Both the position numbers and the translations under genes were made by a program. Shown here one piece after another: positions 13,386 to 25,787 of a DNA stretch of 64,000 bases. Position 1 is the first letter of the stretch. Each line of letters begins with the position of its first letter. Source of the stretch: Octopus sinensis (lineage: Eukaryota); assembly GCF_006345805.1 (NCBI RefSeq), contig NW_021835995.1, forward strand, positions 124,001-188,000. The letters are read 5' to 3'. The notes beneath the pieces are model-generated. The model was not told the origin of the DNA. It did no database searches and worked only from the letters and a program-made list of their open reading frames with translations.

Positions 13386-13849
13386 AGGTTGGATGCGGTC
13401 AGTTTTAACATAAAACAATGCAATATTTGGACCAGATTAAATGCTAAAAGGTTAAATTAACTAGGTTCTTGTCCAAAACCCTCAAGCATATACTCCATTC
13501 CTTTCCCTGATATTGACAACTCCAATATTACTAGCAAATTCGATGATCATAATTTCATCACAATTTAACATACTTCAAATCTAGACTGCATTTTCCTCTT
13601 CTGAGGATTGAATGTGCCAGCCTTTGCAATTCCCGTAACCAATTTACAGGTGATGGGAAGCAGGTAACTAAGCAAACCCAAAGGCTTATAAATGGATGAA
13701 GAGCTACCCAACAACCAAACCAGATATTGGGTGGATAATAAACCTTCCAGAGCAAGTCCATACCAGTAGTTTCAACACTTTCTGAAACTGATGCACTTTA
13801 ATAAGCAAACTACTACTACAAACGGCCGAGTACTCCTAAGCTTTATGTT

Positions 13850-13985
13850 CAGTCTCCAGGGAAGACTGAACATAAAGCTGGCATATTCTTATAAGTATAT
13901 CCATGGCCATTGCTCTGATGAACTTTCTGGCCTGGTACCCTCTTGGAACAAATATATTCAGTCCATCGCCAGTTCAGCTAATACT
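13850..13985 (+). mobile_element. CR1-group (L2/Crack-type) LINE C-terminal fragment
   Basis: YKYIHGHCSDELSGLVP motif. Confidence 0.55.
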
Positions 13986-13986
13986 T

Positions 13987-14268
13987 TTCTATATTTCTGA
14001 GATGAGGAATTATGTACACTATTTACAATAGACGGACAAATGTCCTCATCTTGTTAGTTGTTATCACGTTTCGGCTGGTGTACTCTCCAGCCTTCATCAG
14101 GTGTTCTGGTAGAATTTTGAACCCAACCCTTTATTTGACTAATGGGGTACACTGTTCTCATCCCTAAGATAAGTTGCTGGTGTTATTTTTCTGTTGATAT
14201 TATTTTTGAAATCCCTGCCTGGGATTGAACTTAGAATCCAAAGACTAATAGCTCTTATCCAATACACC
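13987..14268 (-). mobile_element. Family A hammerhead SINE, diverged copy
   Basis: Same tail (gagatgaggaattatgtac), hammerhead and decayed tRNA-like head as 44553-44842. Confidence 0.65.
14066..14104 (-). ncRNA. Hammerhead motif (family A), 3' arm damaged
   Basis: ACAC CUGAUGA A GGCUGG-AGAGUACA-CCAGCC GAAA CGU then G. Core and stem II are intact, but the cleavage nucleotide is G and the stem I partner is lost. Confidence 0.55.
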
Positions 14269-14989
14269 AAAGACATGTCTTCTCTCTGCTCCACGTCTGT
14301 CTGTCTGTCTGTCACATCATACTCTGCTGCCTTAAGAAGGGGATATACATTAGCTAATGTTGTCCTAGATACACACTGTATGACAAAAACAAAAGATTGG
14401 GATGGTCATAAATGGAATGTCTTTGATTATAAATCCAGCAGATCACAACTGATCTGTGAGTAAACAACAACAGCTGCAGTGGAGGGGCAATGGACCAGTG
14501 GTTAAAGCAGCGGTTTCGATTCCCAGACCAGGCATTGTGAGTTTTTATTGAGCAAAAACACCTAAGCTCCACGAGACTCGGGCAGGGGTGGTGGCGAACC
14601 CCACTGTATTCTTTCAACACAACTTTCTCTCTCTTTCTTCCTACTTCTGCCACAAAGCAGAGGAACCATGGTGTAACCCACTATGGTGTGGTAAACTTTC
14701 AGACCCTAGTCTAGAATGTGAATCCTCTGTACCCCAGGATGGTTCAGCTCTCCATCCGTTAAACGCCACCGTTTATGTAATGAGGATAACAACATAGCTT
14801 TCGCGCTCGTGCAACCGCCAGTCTATTGCTTGTGGTGGGTGGATCTTCAAGTTGCCACACGTATTCTTAGTAGCTTAGAGTAGGCTCGAATTAGAGATTA
14901 TTCTTTGTGACTAATGGCATGAGTCCTGATTAGGAGAAGAAGAACATTAACAACAACAACAGCTGCAACAATAATAACAACAGTGATTC

Positions 14990-16529
14990 AAGGCATATAT
15001 AAATGTTCTTTTTATTTACTTTCAACTAGTTCCACTGTCGTATACGGTGTGTCGAATGTCTTTCTTCTTGTAGACATTTGTTATAAAGACAGCTTGAATC
15101 TATTTACATTGAAACACATTTTGATAAATTTTTTTCCCCCAAATGCAGAAAATTACTGAAATTGAGTGAGTTCAATTTTTTTCTTTTCCTTTTGCACAGG
15201 AAAACAAAAAGAGAGAGAGAAAAAAAAGATACAGGCCGGGGAAAAAAAAAACATACTAATTAAATAAACTAAAAGCAAACAACTGGTAAAACACAAAAAT
15301 GTGTTGTGGGTGGGAGGGGTGAATAGAGTGAGCATGAAGGGAGACAATCCAATAAATTCTTTTGTATTCATCTGAAGACGTCCCCACCCCCACCCACCCC
15401 CCACACTCCAAACCAAAACAACATTTGAGTTGAATATTAAAAGTTCTTGAGCAAAACCCTTCACTTCACATTGTTCCAGTCTGCTCGGCTGTGAATGGGT
15501 GACCCTGTGATGGACTGGCTTGCCTAACCAGTGGGATGGCACCATTTGAAAGCCTAAAAACGATGCAAAGTGCACTGTGACCAGTGAGGTATAACAACGT
15601 CTGATAGTCTGGTTGATCAGGTGATTACTATAACTTAACAAGACACTCTTGACTATATTAGTTATACATTGATGTCAATGGTTTCAGCAGGGAACTACAC
15701 TGAACTTCATTGCTCATTTATAGTTGGGCAAACTTAACTGAGCATTCTACAGAGCCAGGAAGAGACTAAAATCCATTAATGCGATGCTTAACCAACTCAG
15801 CTATTTGTGATTCTTAAACATAAATATACAAACCAATTAAAAAAAAAAAGAAAAGAAAATTATTTTTCATTTTTCTTCCTTTTCCTAGTTTTTTTTTCTT
15901 TAACTCCTTTACTCTCCACCATTTCATACAGATATAGGTGGGGCTGGATCTTTGGAAATATTAATTCTTTTCTTTCTGGGTTTGTTTTTTTTTTTTTTTC
16001 AATTTCTTTTTTTCATATTGTTGAAGTTAGTGCTCTTCCAACACCAGCTGATACACAACACAATTGTGAAGTAAGAATGGGGAACCTGTTGTCAATTACT
16101 AAGACTGGAGTTTACACAAAAAATGTCTCTTGTCCAAGGACAGAGAACAACAACTGCAGCAACATTTGCATGTGTCTCCAGCACCTTAACCAGACGGTCG
16201 TTGTGTTTCCACTTTTTTCTTCCAACTTTTTCTTTAAATCCCCCATCATCAAATGACAAGTCCCCCAGAACCATTGAAAATATTTTAATTTCAAAGAGAT
16301 TTGGATATCTCTTCTTTCTTTTTTTTTTATATGAACAATTATGAATTTAAAAGGTGTGTGAAAATATGATTTCAAAGAGGAAAAAAAAAACTTTGAGATA
16401 TTTATAATATAATCAGCTGGTATTTTATAAAAATAATAATGAAAGTGTGAACAAAGAGTCACATAAAATGAAGAATGAAAGAAAATAAAAAAAAATTTAC
16501 AACAAAAAAAATTAAACATCAACTTAATC
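14990..16529 (-). other. Probable 3' UTR of gene A
   Basis: Largely repeat-free A/U-run-rich sequence after the stop. AATAAA on the minus strand at 15016-15011. The 3' end is inferred. Confidence 0.45.
16224..16393. repeat. ~170-bp segment duplicated at 18077-18243
   Basis: Same orientation. Two substitutions plus homopolymer-length differences. Confidence 0.95.
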
Positions 16530-16632
16530 TCAGTAATAGTCTGACACATAAGTCCTCATATCAGCTATAGTGTCCCAAGAGGGCTTGCAGTAGGAACGAT
16601 TCAGCCCAAGTTGGTAGCCAAATGCACCACCT
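16530..16632 (-). CDS. Gene A terminal coding exon (V-GGAFGYQLGLNRSYCKPSWDTIADMRTYVSDYY*)
   Basis: Strong acceptor ttttctctttttgttgcag|. Phase 2 from exon 4 selects this frame. TGA at 16532-16530. Confidence 0.8.
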
Positions 16633-17390
16633 CTGCAACAAAAAGAGAAAACGGGAAAATGAAGATTAGATATTTAACAAAGCTTCCATATAATATACAC
16701 ACACACACACACACACACACTCACTTATTATTAGTTCATCGCTTGTTGTCGGCGATGACCAAGGACATCATATAGAAGACAGACAGGGCACAGTGTGTCC
16801 AGCTGTAGCCAATCAGTCCAATACCTGCTTGGAAGGCTCTGCTGAAGGTCTGCTGGGACTGCACTTCCCAACCCTGTGGTCTTGGGTTCAGTCCCATTAC
16901 ACAGTACTGCACTGGCACAGTTTGTATTTTTTTTGTGCTCCTACAATCCTGCTCTGTAAATAGAGCTTGCTCACCCTTAGAATTCCCAAATAGCTTGTAG
17001 TATTTTTATGGTATGCTACCAATTCTAGTCTTAAGTATTCCTCGTGTGTGAAAATAAAAAGTAAAAAGTAGAAGATGCCTAACCGTACATACTCTTCCTT
17101 TTGAGTCTTTTACTTTTTAATTTTATATATGTATGTATATGTACAGTTAGGCATCTTTTACTTTTAGGAAGGGCATCCAGGTGTAGAAACACTGCCAGAT
17201 CAGACTGGAGCCTGGTGCAGCCTCCTGGCTTCCCAGACCCCAGTCGAACCGTCCAACCCATGCTTGCATGGAAAGCAGACATTAAACGATGATGATGATA
17301 TATATATATATATATATATACAGCAGTATTATGGAAACCAAAAAGAGATTGAAACCAAGATAATAACAGGAAGACAGAATCAAAACTTAC

Positions 17391-17512
17391 ACACAGAACC
17401 TATCTGCTGGCCCTAAAGTGGTATTAAATTTCTGATAATAAGTTGGTGTTGAAGATGATGAACTCTCAGACTGTATTTGGTACGATTCCTTTGGTTTAGA
17501 ATCTGAATTCTG
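17391..17512 (-). CDS. Gene A coding exon 4 (QNSDSKPKESYQIQSESSSSSTPTYYQKFNTTLGPADRFC)
   Basis: 122 nt, tttttgtcttgtag| acceptor (TAG/CAG tandem), gt|GTAAGT donor, phase 0-2. Confidence 0.82.
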
Positions 17513-19428
17513 CTACAAGACAAAAAAAGACATTAATAAACAAATTAAAAGAGAAAAGAAAACATCTTTTTAGTCGAATATTAAATCAAAGTAAATCCTA
17601 CTGAAAGGAAGGAACTAAAAGGAAGAACCAGATTCCATCCAAAATGGATTGGGTTCTTATATCTAAAAGTGCAAACATGGCTGTGTGGTTAAGAGGCTTG
17701 CTTCCCAACCCTGTGGTCTTGGGTTCAGTCCCATTACACAGTACTTCGAGCAAGTATCTTCCACTATAGCCTCAGGCTCACCAAACCCCTATAAGAAGTT
17801 TGTGTGTGTACTCATCAGTAGAGATCACATGATTATTGTAAATCAGCATCGTTATCATCATCATCACCATCATCATCACGATGAAAAACACATCCAGCCA
17901 TGGGAAAATATTACTTAACTTGGAAACAGGTGAAGATTGGCAACAGGAAAAGCATCCAACCATAAAATTCAGTCTCAACAAATTTCTTCTGACACATGCA
18001 AGCATGGAAAAGTGGATGTTAATTGACGATGATGAAAGAATGCATTAAATTAAGTTACAAGATTTTATTTTAATAAAACTTTTTCTTTAAATCCCCCTTC
18101 ATCAAATGACAAGTCCCCCAGAACCATTGAAAATATTTTAATTTCAAAGAGATTTGAATATCTCTTCTTTCTTTTTTTTATATGAACAATTATGAATTTA
18201 AAAGGTGTGTGAAAATATGATTTCAAAGAGGAAAAAAAAACTTCTTTTAGTTTCCTTTTTTGCAATTTACAAATTTTTACTTGACCAACAAAGCCATACA
18301 ATTTACTACAACCAGCCGTTAATGTGTACATCATATCATTTTAAGTAATTCCTAAAATAGTTGTAAGCCATCAGTCTCTTCTCGCTCTTCAAATTAATGG
18401 CAGCTATAACAAACTTGAGAAGGTGCATGGATTAATGGTTACAGCATTGGAGTCATCATCCTCATCGTCGTAGTTTAACATCCGCTTTCCATGCTGGCAT
18501 AGGTTGGATGGTTTGACTGAGGACTGTTGAGCCAGAAGGCTGCACCAGGCTCACTCAGTCTGATCTGGCAAAGTTTCTACAGCTGGATCCTCTTCCTAAT
18601 GCCAACCACTCCAAGAGTGTAGTGGGTGCTTTTACGTGCTACCGACACGTAGGCCAGTCAGGCAGTACTGGCAACGACCACGCTCAAAAGGTGTTTTTTA
18701 CATGCCACCTGCACAGGAGCCAGTCTGGTGGCACTGGCAACGACCATGCTCAAATGGTGATTTTTATGTGCCAACAGCACGGGAGCCAGTCCAGCGGCAC
18801 TGGCAACAACCACACTCAAATGTTGTTTCCATCCTAAAATTGTGGATTTAATTCCTGGACCAGACAACACATTGTTTCTTGAGCAAGTTACTTCATTACA
18901 CATTGCTCCAGTTCACTCAACTGGCAATATTGATGGAGTGACATCCTATCTGATAGAATACATTATATTCCACAGAATCCAGGAAACTGGCCCCTATGAG
19001 TCTATATAACTCGGGAAGGATTCCATAACAAGCTCGTATTTCGACCTGAAATTTAGTTAAAAGAATTCTGGTTTCGTGATATTGACATGGTCGATGCCAG
19101 CCCCCTCGCCCCAACTGGCACCTGTGCCGGTGACATGTAAAAGGCACCATCCGAACATGGCTAATGCCAGCACCACCTTGACTGGCTCTCATGCCAGTGG
19201 CATGTAAAAGCACCATCCGAACGTAGTCGATGCCAGCCCCCTCTAGCCCCTGTGCTGGTGACACATAAAAAGCACCTACCACACTCTCGGAGTGGTTGGC
19301 ATTAGGAAGGGTATCCAGCTGTAGAAACACTGCCAGATCAGATTGGAGACTGGTGCAGCCACCTGGCTTCCCAAACCCCAGTCGAACTGTCCAACCCGTG
19401 CCAGCATGGAAAATGGACGTTAAACGAT

Positions 19429-19459
<31 letters not shown>

Positions 19460-19630
19460 ATGGTGATGGTGGTGGTGGTGGGAGGAGGGGAGGGGAGAGG
19501 GAGGAGGAGGAGGAACTAGCTGATTGTGGATAAGCTTTCTCTACAAAGAAAGGTCAAACCATGACACACCAAAACTATGCCTTTACACATTTGATAAAGT
19601 AAAAACAATTGATAAAGTCTGATATTTTAC

Positions 19631-19888
19631 CTCATTGTGTTTAGGGTCCTGGACGAATGTAGTTTCATCACATGAAGCAAAGTCTGTTGGTTGCTGAAGT
19701 TGTTGATGATGAAAAGTGTTATTGTTGTTTTCATTGACAATGCTGCTGTTGTTGTTGTTGTTGTTGTTGTTGCTGAAGCCATTGCTGCTATTTTCTAATT
19801 GCATCATTCCACAGCCATTGCTAACTTCACCTTCTTCCATAGTTTCTTCCATATCTGATGCCGGGTTTATTTCGGCAACAGATTCTTC
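19631..19888 (-). CDS. Gene A coding exon 3 (EESVAEINPASDMEETMEEG...polyN...DPKHNE), low-complexity acidic/Asn-rich
   Basis: 258 nt, tgtatttag| acceptor, gag|GTAAAA donor, phase 0-0. Same frame as supplied ORF 19583..19852. Confidence 0.82.
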
Positions 19889-19962
19889 CTAAATACACAC
19901 ATAAAACAAAAAAACATTTATTTTTCACCAGGTTAAGTTCAATCAACCAAATCAATGTTTAA

Positions 19963-20182
19963 ACCTTTAGCATTTAAACCAGCTGTAATATCCGGTCGTA
20001 ATATCCTTCCTGTTTTATGCCCAAGCTAACCAGATCTGGCCTTTTACATCTACCCTACAATGTCATACCTAAAGTAAAGAGTCATATAGTTGAAATATAA
20101 AAGCTACAAAATAATATATAATTCAAAAATAATGTAAATTTACAAATATTACATTTGATGGAGTAATCTGAATGCTAAAAGG
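19963..20182. mobile_element. piggyBac-like MITE, same family, opposite orientation
   Basis: TTAA|ACCTTTAGCATT ... AATGCTAAAAGG|TTAA, with the body homologous to 50328-50548. Confidence 0.75.
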
Positions 20183-21449
20183 TTAAACATAGAAAGGACT
20201 ATAAACGAAATTCCCATGACACCTTGGCCAAGTGTCATCTTGTACAATAGCCACGAGCCAAGCAAAGCCTTGTGAATGGATTTCATAGGAAGAAATTGAA
20301 GGAAGCCAATCGTGTATACACACACACACACACACACATATGCATGTGTATATCTTCGTGTCTGTGTTTGTCCCCTACCACCACCACTGCTTGACAACAG
20401 GTATAGATTTAAGTCCTTGTAATTTAACGGTTTGACAAACAGAGTCCATAGAATAAGTACCAATTTTCTAAAAAAGTAAGGACTAGAGTCAATACATTCA
20501 ACTAAAAATTCTTCAAGGCTGTGCCCCAGCATGGCCGCAGTCTAAACTCTGAGAGTTGTCACTTTCTGAGTCATTTATTTTTCTGTTTTGGCCTTGATTT
20601 TCTGCAAACAAATTTTTTTTTTCAATAAGAGAGGAGAGAATTCTTTGCAAAAGCAGCTGTCTTAACAGCTTGCTTCCAGTAACATAGCTAGGGAAGAGGC
20701 CGAAAGGGGCACGGCACTTTCAAATCTACTGTATAAGCTTATATAGGCTGTAAGACCTGAGGAAGGGAGGCAGTAAACTCAAAAACTGCCCCATGTGGCA
20801 CACACTCAAGTTATACCACTGCTGGTTTCCTTCTTAAACATTTACGATCAACAATCAGCGGTTCACAAACGGGATAAACTCCTCCACCCCCACCCCCACA
20901 CAGCAAAATAGTAAATTGGGGGTCTGCACCGTTTTTAGGGATTCAGGCGTATTTATTGTGAGAAACAATTATGTTTCTTTCTCTAATACTTTACACAGTT
21001 CAACATGTTTCCAATTACTGAAACATTCCCTCAGAGAGTGTTATTGCAAACTGGCACAAGTGAATGGGTGAAAGACATAATAGGAACTGTGAAAGAAGTA
21101 TCTATAAAATTAGTCTTTAAATATCAAATGGTTTTGGTGGGGTCCACCAGAGTAAAATAGCAATCGAAGGGGTACATAAGTAAAGAAATGATTCAAAGAC
21201 ACTGGTCTGTCTGTAAAAAAAAAAAGAGAAACCTGACTGACAGAGTTATGTCCCTTGCTGATAAGTGCAACACAACTATTACCTCCCTTTATGTTTTGAA
21301 GTCCTCTCCTGGTCAGCTTTACTTCTTCTTCCCATTCAAGAGTCGATGAAAATTAAAATATCAGTTGTATTAGTCGAGTTGTGTGGTCGATTTAACAGAC
21401 TACATTCTTCCCAGAATTTGTTGATATAAACTTAAGTTAGAAATCATTA

Positions 21450-22190
21450 TTATTATTATTATTTTATGTTTGACTTTTGCTTTACATTTGTACAAGTTGG
21501 CTCACCCATAGACCTCAAAAGACAAGTTAGAAGTTCATGTTGGTGTTATGCCTAGGGTGCCATATATTTGGTTTTGTACATAGTGTTGCTTAAGAAACTA
21601 TAAGAAAATTATGTGTTTGTTTTAAAACTTGAGATTACATAGAAAGTATTTTGCGTAGGACATGGGCAGTTCCCATGAGCACTATCTTTTGAATTTTTGC
21701 CATTTTGGGGTTTCCTGGTATCTGAGCTAGGTAGCAATCAGCCCCTTTTGCTATCATTCCCAGGGCACCTATGATAACAGGTATTGTTTTAGTCTTCAGG
21801 TCCCACATTTTGCTAATTTCTATTTCAAGATCTTTATACATTATATCGATTGAGACAGTCATATCAAAAGAGGAAGCATGATTTTTGTCTGAAGTCTTTC
21901 AATATGACGTCTGGCCTATTTGCATCTATCTTTCTGTCAGTTTAAATGGTGAAGTTCCAGAGGAGTGAGATGTGATCATTTGTAAGCACTGGCAGTGGTT
22001 TGTGTTCCCACCAGTTTTTATCATAGGGCAAGTCCAGGTTTTTGCAAATTACCCAGTGAATATATTGTGCAGCTCTATCATGCCTGTTGAGATACTCTGT
22101 AGGCGCAAGAAGACTGCACTTAGAGACAACATGATCAATGGTTTCATTTTGTTGTTGACATACATGACATGTTGAGAAGCTGCCATTCTT
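21450..22190 (-). mobile_element. R4/NeSL-type LINE 3' end with restriction-like endonuclease
   Basis: RPDVILKD...FDMTVS..YKDLEIEISKMWDLKTKTIPVIIGALG...GTAHVLRKIL motif. Confidence 0.85.
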
Positions 22191-22329
22191 TAATATGTTG
22201 GCCTGGTAGTTCCTTCTTCTTCTTCTTATTATTATTATTTTTTTTTTTTAGTTTAGCTCAGGTTCGGTCTTATTCCTGTTAAGAATTATGTGGGTAGCAG
22301 GTTACTACCTGTAAGTTTAGGTATCCACT

Positions 22330-22529
22330 AGTTTTCAGCTGTCTTTCAAGTGCTTAGAATCCTCCTGATAATCCTTGCTGTCCCTAAGAGACAAACTTTC
22401 TTTTGGAACTCTACTGGGCATTCTAATACAATCTCCTTCAGCCATTTGTCTATATCTTGGTTTACTGTTCCCAACGCACCAATTATTATAGGCACAACTA
22501 TTACTGCTTGCATGCTCCAAATTCTTCCC

Positions 22530-22545
<16 letters not shown>
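22330..22545 (-). mobile_element. R4/NeSL-type LINE C-terminal fragment
   Basis: VVPIIIGALGTV...QKKVCLLGTARIIRRILS. Confidence 0.75.
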
Positions 22546-22579
<34 letters not shown>

Positions 22580-22807
22580 ATTAGTTAAGAGTAGAGGAAT
22601 GCAAAATTGGAAGTACAAAGGAGAAAATACTTAGAAGAATTTTGTTATATTGCATTCTAAGTTTAAAAAATTATACCACAGGCAACTTTGGAGATCATCC
22701 ATTAAGGCTGGTTCAATATCTACAAGCGAAGTTTTGGAATGAATGAATCAACAATGCTTATCTCTAAAATTTGTGGTGGGAAGATAAACACAAACAGAAA
22801 GACATGC

Positions 22808-22841
<34 letters not shown>

Positions 22842-23060
22842 CAGGTTTCCATACAGTTTCTTTCAACCAAATCCGTTCACAAGACATTGGTTGACCCCAG
22901 GTTATAGGGGAAGATACTTGCCCAAAATGCCATGCAGTGGGACTGAATCTTAAATCATAAGGTTCCAAGGTTTTTTAGCCACACAGCTATGTGCATGAGT
23001 GTGTAAGTGGGTGCGTGTGGGGGGGGGGTGACTCATAATGTCAGCATAGATCAAACTTAC

Positions 23061-23123
23061 CTGTTTCCATTCACAACCTCTGTCATAGTTCAGAAGTCCT
23101 AAACATTGCCGTTTTTGATCATT
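23061..23123 (-). CDS. Gene A coding exon 2 (NDQKRQCLGLLNYDRGCEWKQ)
   Basis: 63 nt, ttattttgtag| acceptor, cag|GTAAGT donor, open frame, phase 0-0. Confidence 0.8.
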
Positions 23124-23224
23124 CTACAAAATAATAATAATAATAATGATGATGATGATAACAACAACAACAACAACAAAAAGCTGGCCAAAAAGTATAA
23201 TGACACTAGCAGAGCTGGAGACAA

Positions 23225-23625
23225 TGCCGAATGGCTTGCAGAAGGGAAAATTATCCTAATTTCCAAATCCACTTAAATGGCAAACCTACAAAATTACAGA
23301 CTGATAACTTGTCTCCCTACAATTTACAAAGCCTTTACAGCAATAATATTGCAGAGAATAGACAAACATCACGAAAAAACAACCTGCTTCAGAAGAGCAG
23401 AAGGGATGCTACTGATCAATAAAGCCATAACTGAAGACAGTTGCAGAAAGAAGAAGGATCTAAGTCTGGCCTGGATCGATTACCGAAAGGCTTTTGATAG
23501 TATTCCCCACACATGGATCCTATAAACTCTAGCCATGAACAAGATAGCATCAATAATCAAAAGATATATAACACATTCCATGAATAATTGGCAGAGAGTG
23601 CTACAGCTCCAGACAAAGATGGGCT
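23225..23625 (+). mobile_element. R4/Dong-type RT fragment
   Basis: NYRLITCLPTIYKAFT and LSLAWIDYRKAFDSIPHTWIL motifs. Confidence 0.85.
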
Positions 23626-24613
23626 ACAGGATATATTCTGCTCAATAGCACAGATTATCCTACCTGCTGGCTCATACATCATGTGACACAAGGAGACATT
23701 CCTTGATTTTTTAAAAGTTTCTTTACAAGCATGACTGTGAAAAAAACAAGTGTCTCCAAGATGATGGCTTCATCCAGGTATTGTAAGCAATGTTCTCCAA
23801 TTGTTCTACTGATGCATGTTTTCAAAAACTGTCTCTTTATAAATTAGTCTCTCACTTTTATCATATAACAAAAAAAGTGGTGATACTGTATTTCAGATGA
23901 TCTTATAATTAAGTTTCATTATCATCATCATTACTTAACATCTGTTTTCCATGCTAGTATGGGTTGGACAGTTCGACAGGATCTGACAGACTGCAGAGCT
24001 GCACCAGGTTCCATAGTCTGGTTTGGCATGGTTTCTACAGCCGGATGCCCTTCCTAATGCCAACCATTTTACAGTATGTACAAGGTGTTTTTTATGTGCC
24101 ACCAGCACTAGCGAAGTTGCCAACTTCCAGTTTATAAAGTGCAAGTTACTTGGTGACTCTGTCAGTGCAGGTGCCACTTAAAAAGCACCCAGTCCACACT
24201 GTAAACAGGTTGGTGTTTGGAAGGGCATCCAGCTGTAAAAACCCTGCCAAAACTGACCTTGCCTGTGCTTGGACCATGTAAAAAGCACAAAGTTCACTCG
24301 GCAGAGTGGTTGGTGTTAGGAAGGGCATCCAGCTGGAAAAATCCTGCCAAAACAGACACAGGAGTCTGGAGCAGGCTTCTGCCTGGCCAGCTCCTCTTAA
24401 ACCATCCCACCCATGCCAGCATGGAAAGCGGACGTTTAATGCTGATGATGATTATCTTAGATTACGGTGCAGCACTATGATACAAACTGTCGATTCTTCA
24501 GCTACAAGTCTGATACTTTATCCAAGCAACTAATTAGGTCCTTCCAATTGTATTTACCATAATTTTAATTTCCAGTTCACCTGCGTACAATAAATAAAAT
24601 AAAAAGAACTTAC

Positions 24614-24685
24614 CTGCATACACTCAGCAAAGAAATCCTGGTCTAAACTCTTACGCTTATTCTGAATGAAATATTTGGTCGGCAT
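24614..24685 (-). CDS. Gene A coding exon 1 (MPTKYFIQNKRKSLDQDFFAECMQ), uncharacterised 205-aa protein
   Basis: Exon 24690-24614 has a T-rich acceptor (ttttttaaag|caattATG) and a GTAAGT donor. The ATG at 24685 has A at -3. It ends in phase 0, matching the next exon. Confidence 0.8.
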
Positions 24686-24977
24686 AATTGCTTTAAAAAA
24701 GAAAAAAAAAGAAAGAAATAATCAAAATTATTAAATAAAAAATAACTACATAATGTGAAATATATATTTTAAAAAACTGGGGATGTAGGGAAAGAATTTA
24801 TGAACTAAAATCAAATTGATTACAAGTAGCAGTTTGATTACAAGTACAAAGTAATCTTAACCTTTATGATGAGTTTCTGAGAGAGAAGAGTTCAATATAT
24901 AAGTTTAGAAAATTATAGCAAGGCCAACTTTGAAAATCATCCATTAAGGCTGGGTCAATATCTATCTACAAGCAAAG

Positions 24978-25450
24978 TAAGGCTGTGAGCTGGCAGAATC
25001 GTTAGCACGCCGGGCGAAATGCTTAGCAGTATTTCGTCTGTCTTTACGTTCTGTGTTCAAATTCTGGTCAACTTTGTCTTTCATCCTTCCAGAGCTGATA
25101 AATTAAGTACCATTTGTGTGCCGGGGTCGATCTAATCACTGGCCCCCTCCCAAAAAATTTTGGGCCTTGCGCTTAGAGTAGAAAAAAATATTGTTATTAT
25201 TATTATTATTATTATTATTTGTAGTAGTAGTAAAGCAGCAAGTTGGCAGAATCGTTAGCACACCAGGCAAAATACTTTGCGGTATTTCGTCTGACTTTAC
25301 ACTCTGTATTCAAATTCCGCTAAGGTCGACTTTGCCTTTCATCCTTCCGGGGTCAATAAATTAAGTACCAGTTGCATACTTCGGTCAACCTAATCGACAG
25401 TCCCCCACTCCCCAGAAATTTCAGGCCTTGTGCCTAGAGTAGAAAAGAGT
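24978..25450 (+). mobile_element. S2 SINE dimer with ~15-bp flanking direct repeat
   Basis: Two S2 units separated by (ATT)n, flanked by TATCTACAAGCAAAG / TATCTACAAACAAAG. Other S2 copies near 2855, 3080, 8465, 28375, 36735, 36975, 38800, 52190 and 56680. Confidence 0.8.
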
Positions 25451-25743
25451 ATCTACAAACAAAGCCTTTGGTTGAATGAAACAATAGTATTTATCTCTAA
25501 AATTTGTATTGTTGCAGTCATTGTTTTAATGTCCACTTCTCCATACTTGTTATGAGTTGGACAAAGTTTAATGAGGCAGACTTGTAACAGCCAGGTGCTC
25601 TTCCTGTTGCTAACCCTCAACTGTTTCTGAACAAGATAATGCTTCCCTATGGCCAGACACAGTTTTGCAGAATATTGGAAACGAAAATAATTTCTTATAT
25701 GACGATGACTATCATTTACAATTATCACATGATTCCAGGGCAA

Positions 25744-25787
<44 letters not shown>

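Noticed and set aside
13914-13925. CUGAUGA motif
   Set aside because: Part of LINE coding sequence (CSDEL), with no stem II or GAAA.
20750-20800. CUGAGGA-AGGGAG...CUC-AAAAAC hammerhead-like string
   Set aside because: G12 is missing and there is no stem I partner, so it cannot be told from chance.
21275-21345. Exon-like EWEEEVKLTRRGLQNIKG with GTAATA donor in intron 3 of gene A
   Set aside because: No acceptor, overlaps a decayed S2 SINE, and exons 2 and 3 already join in phase.
16530-24685. Akirin identity for gene A (KR..KR.C start, YVS near the end)
   Set aside because: Only superficial. The conserved Akirin C-terminal helix (FVKFTHDQI) is absent and the protein extends past YVS.
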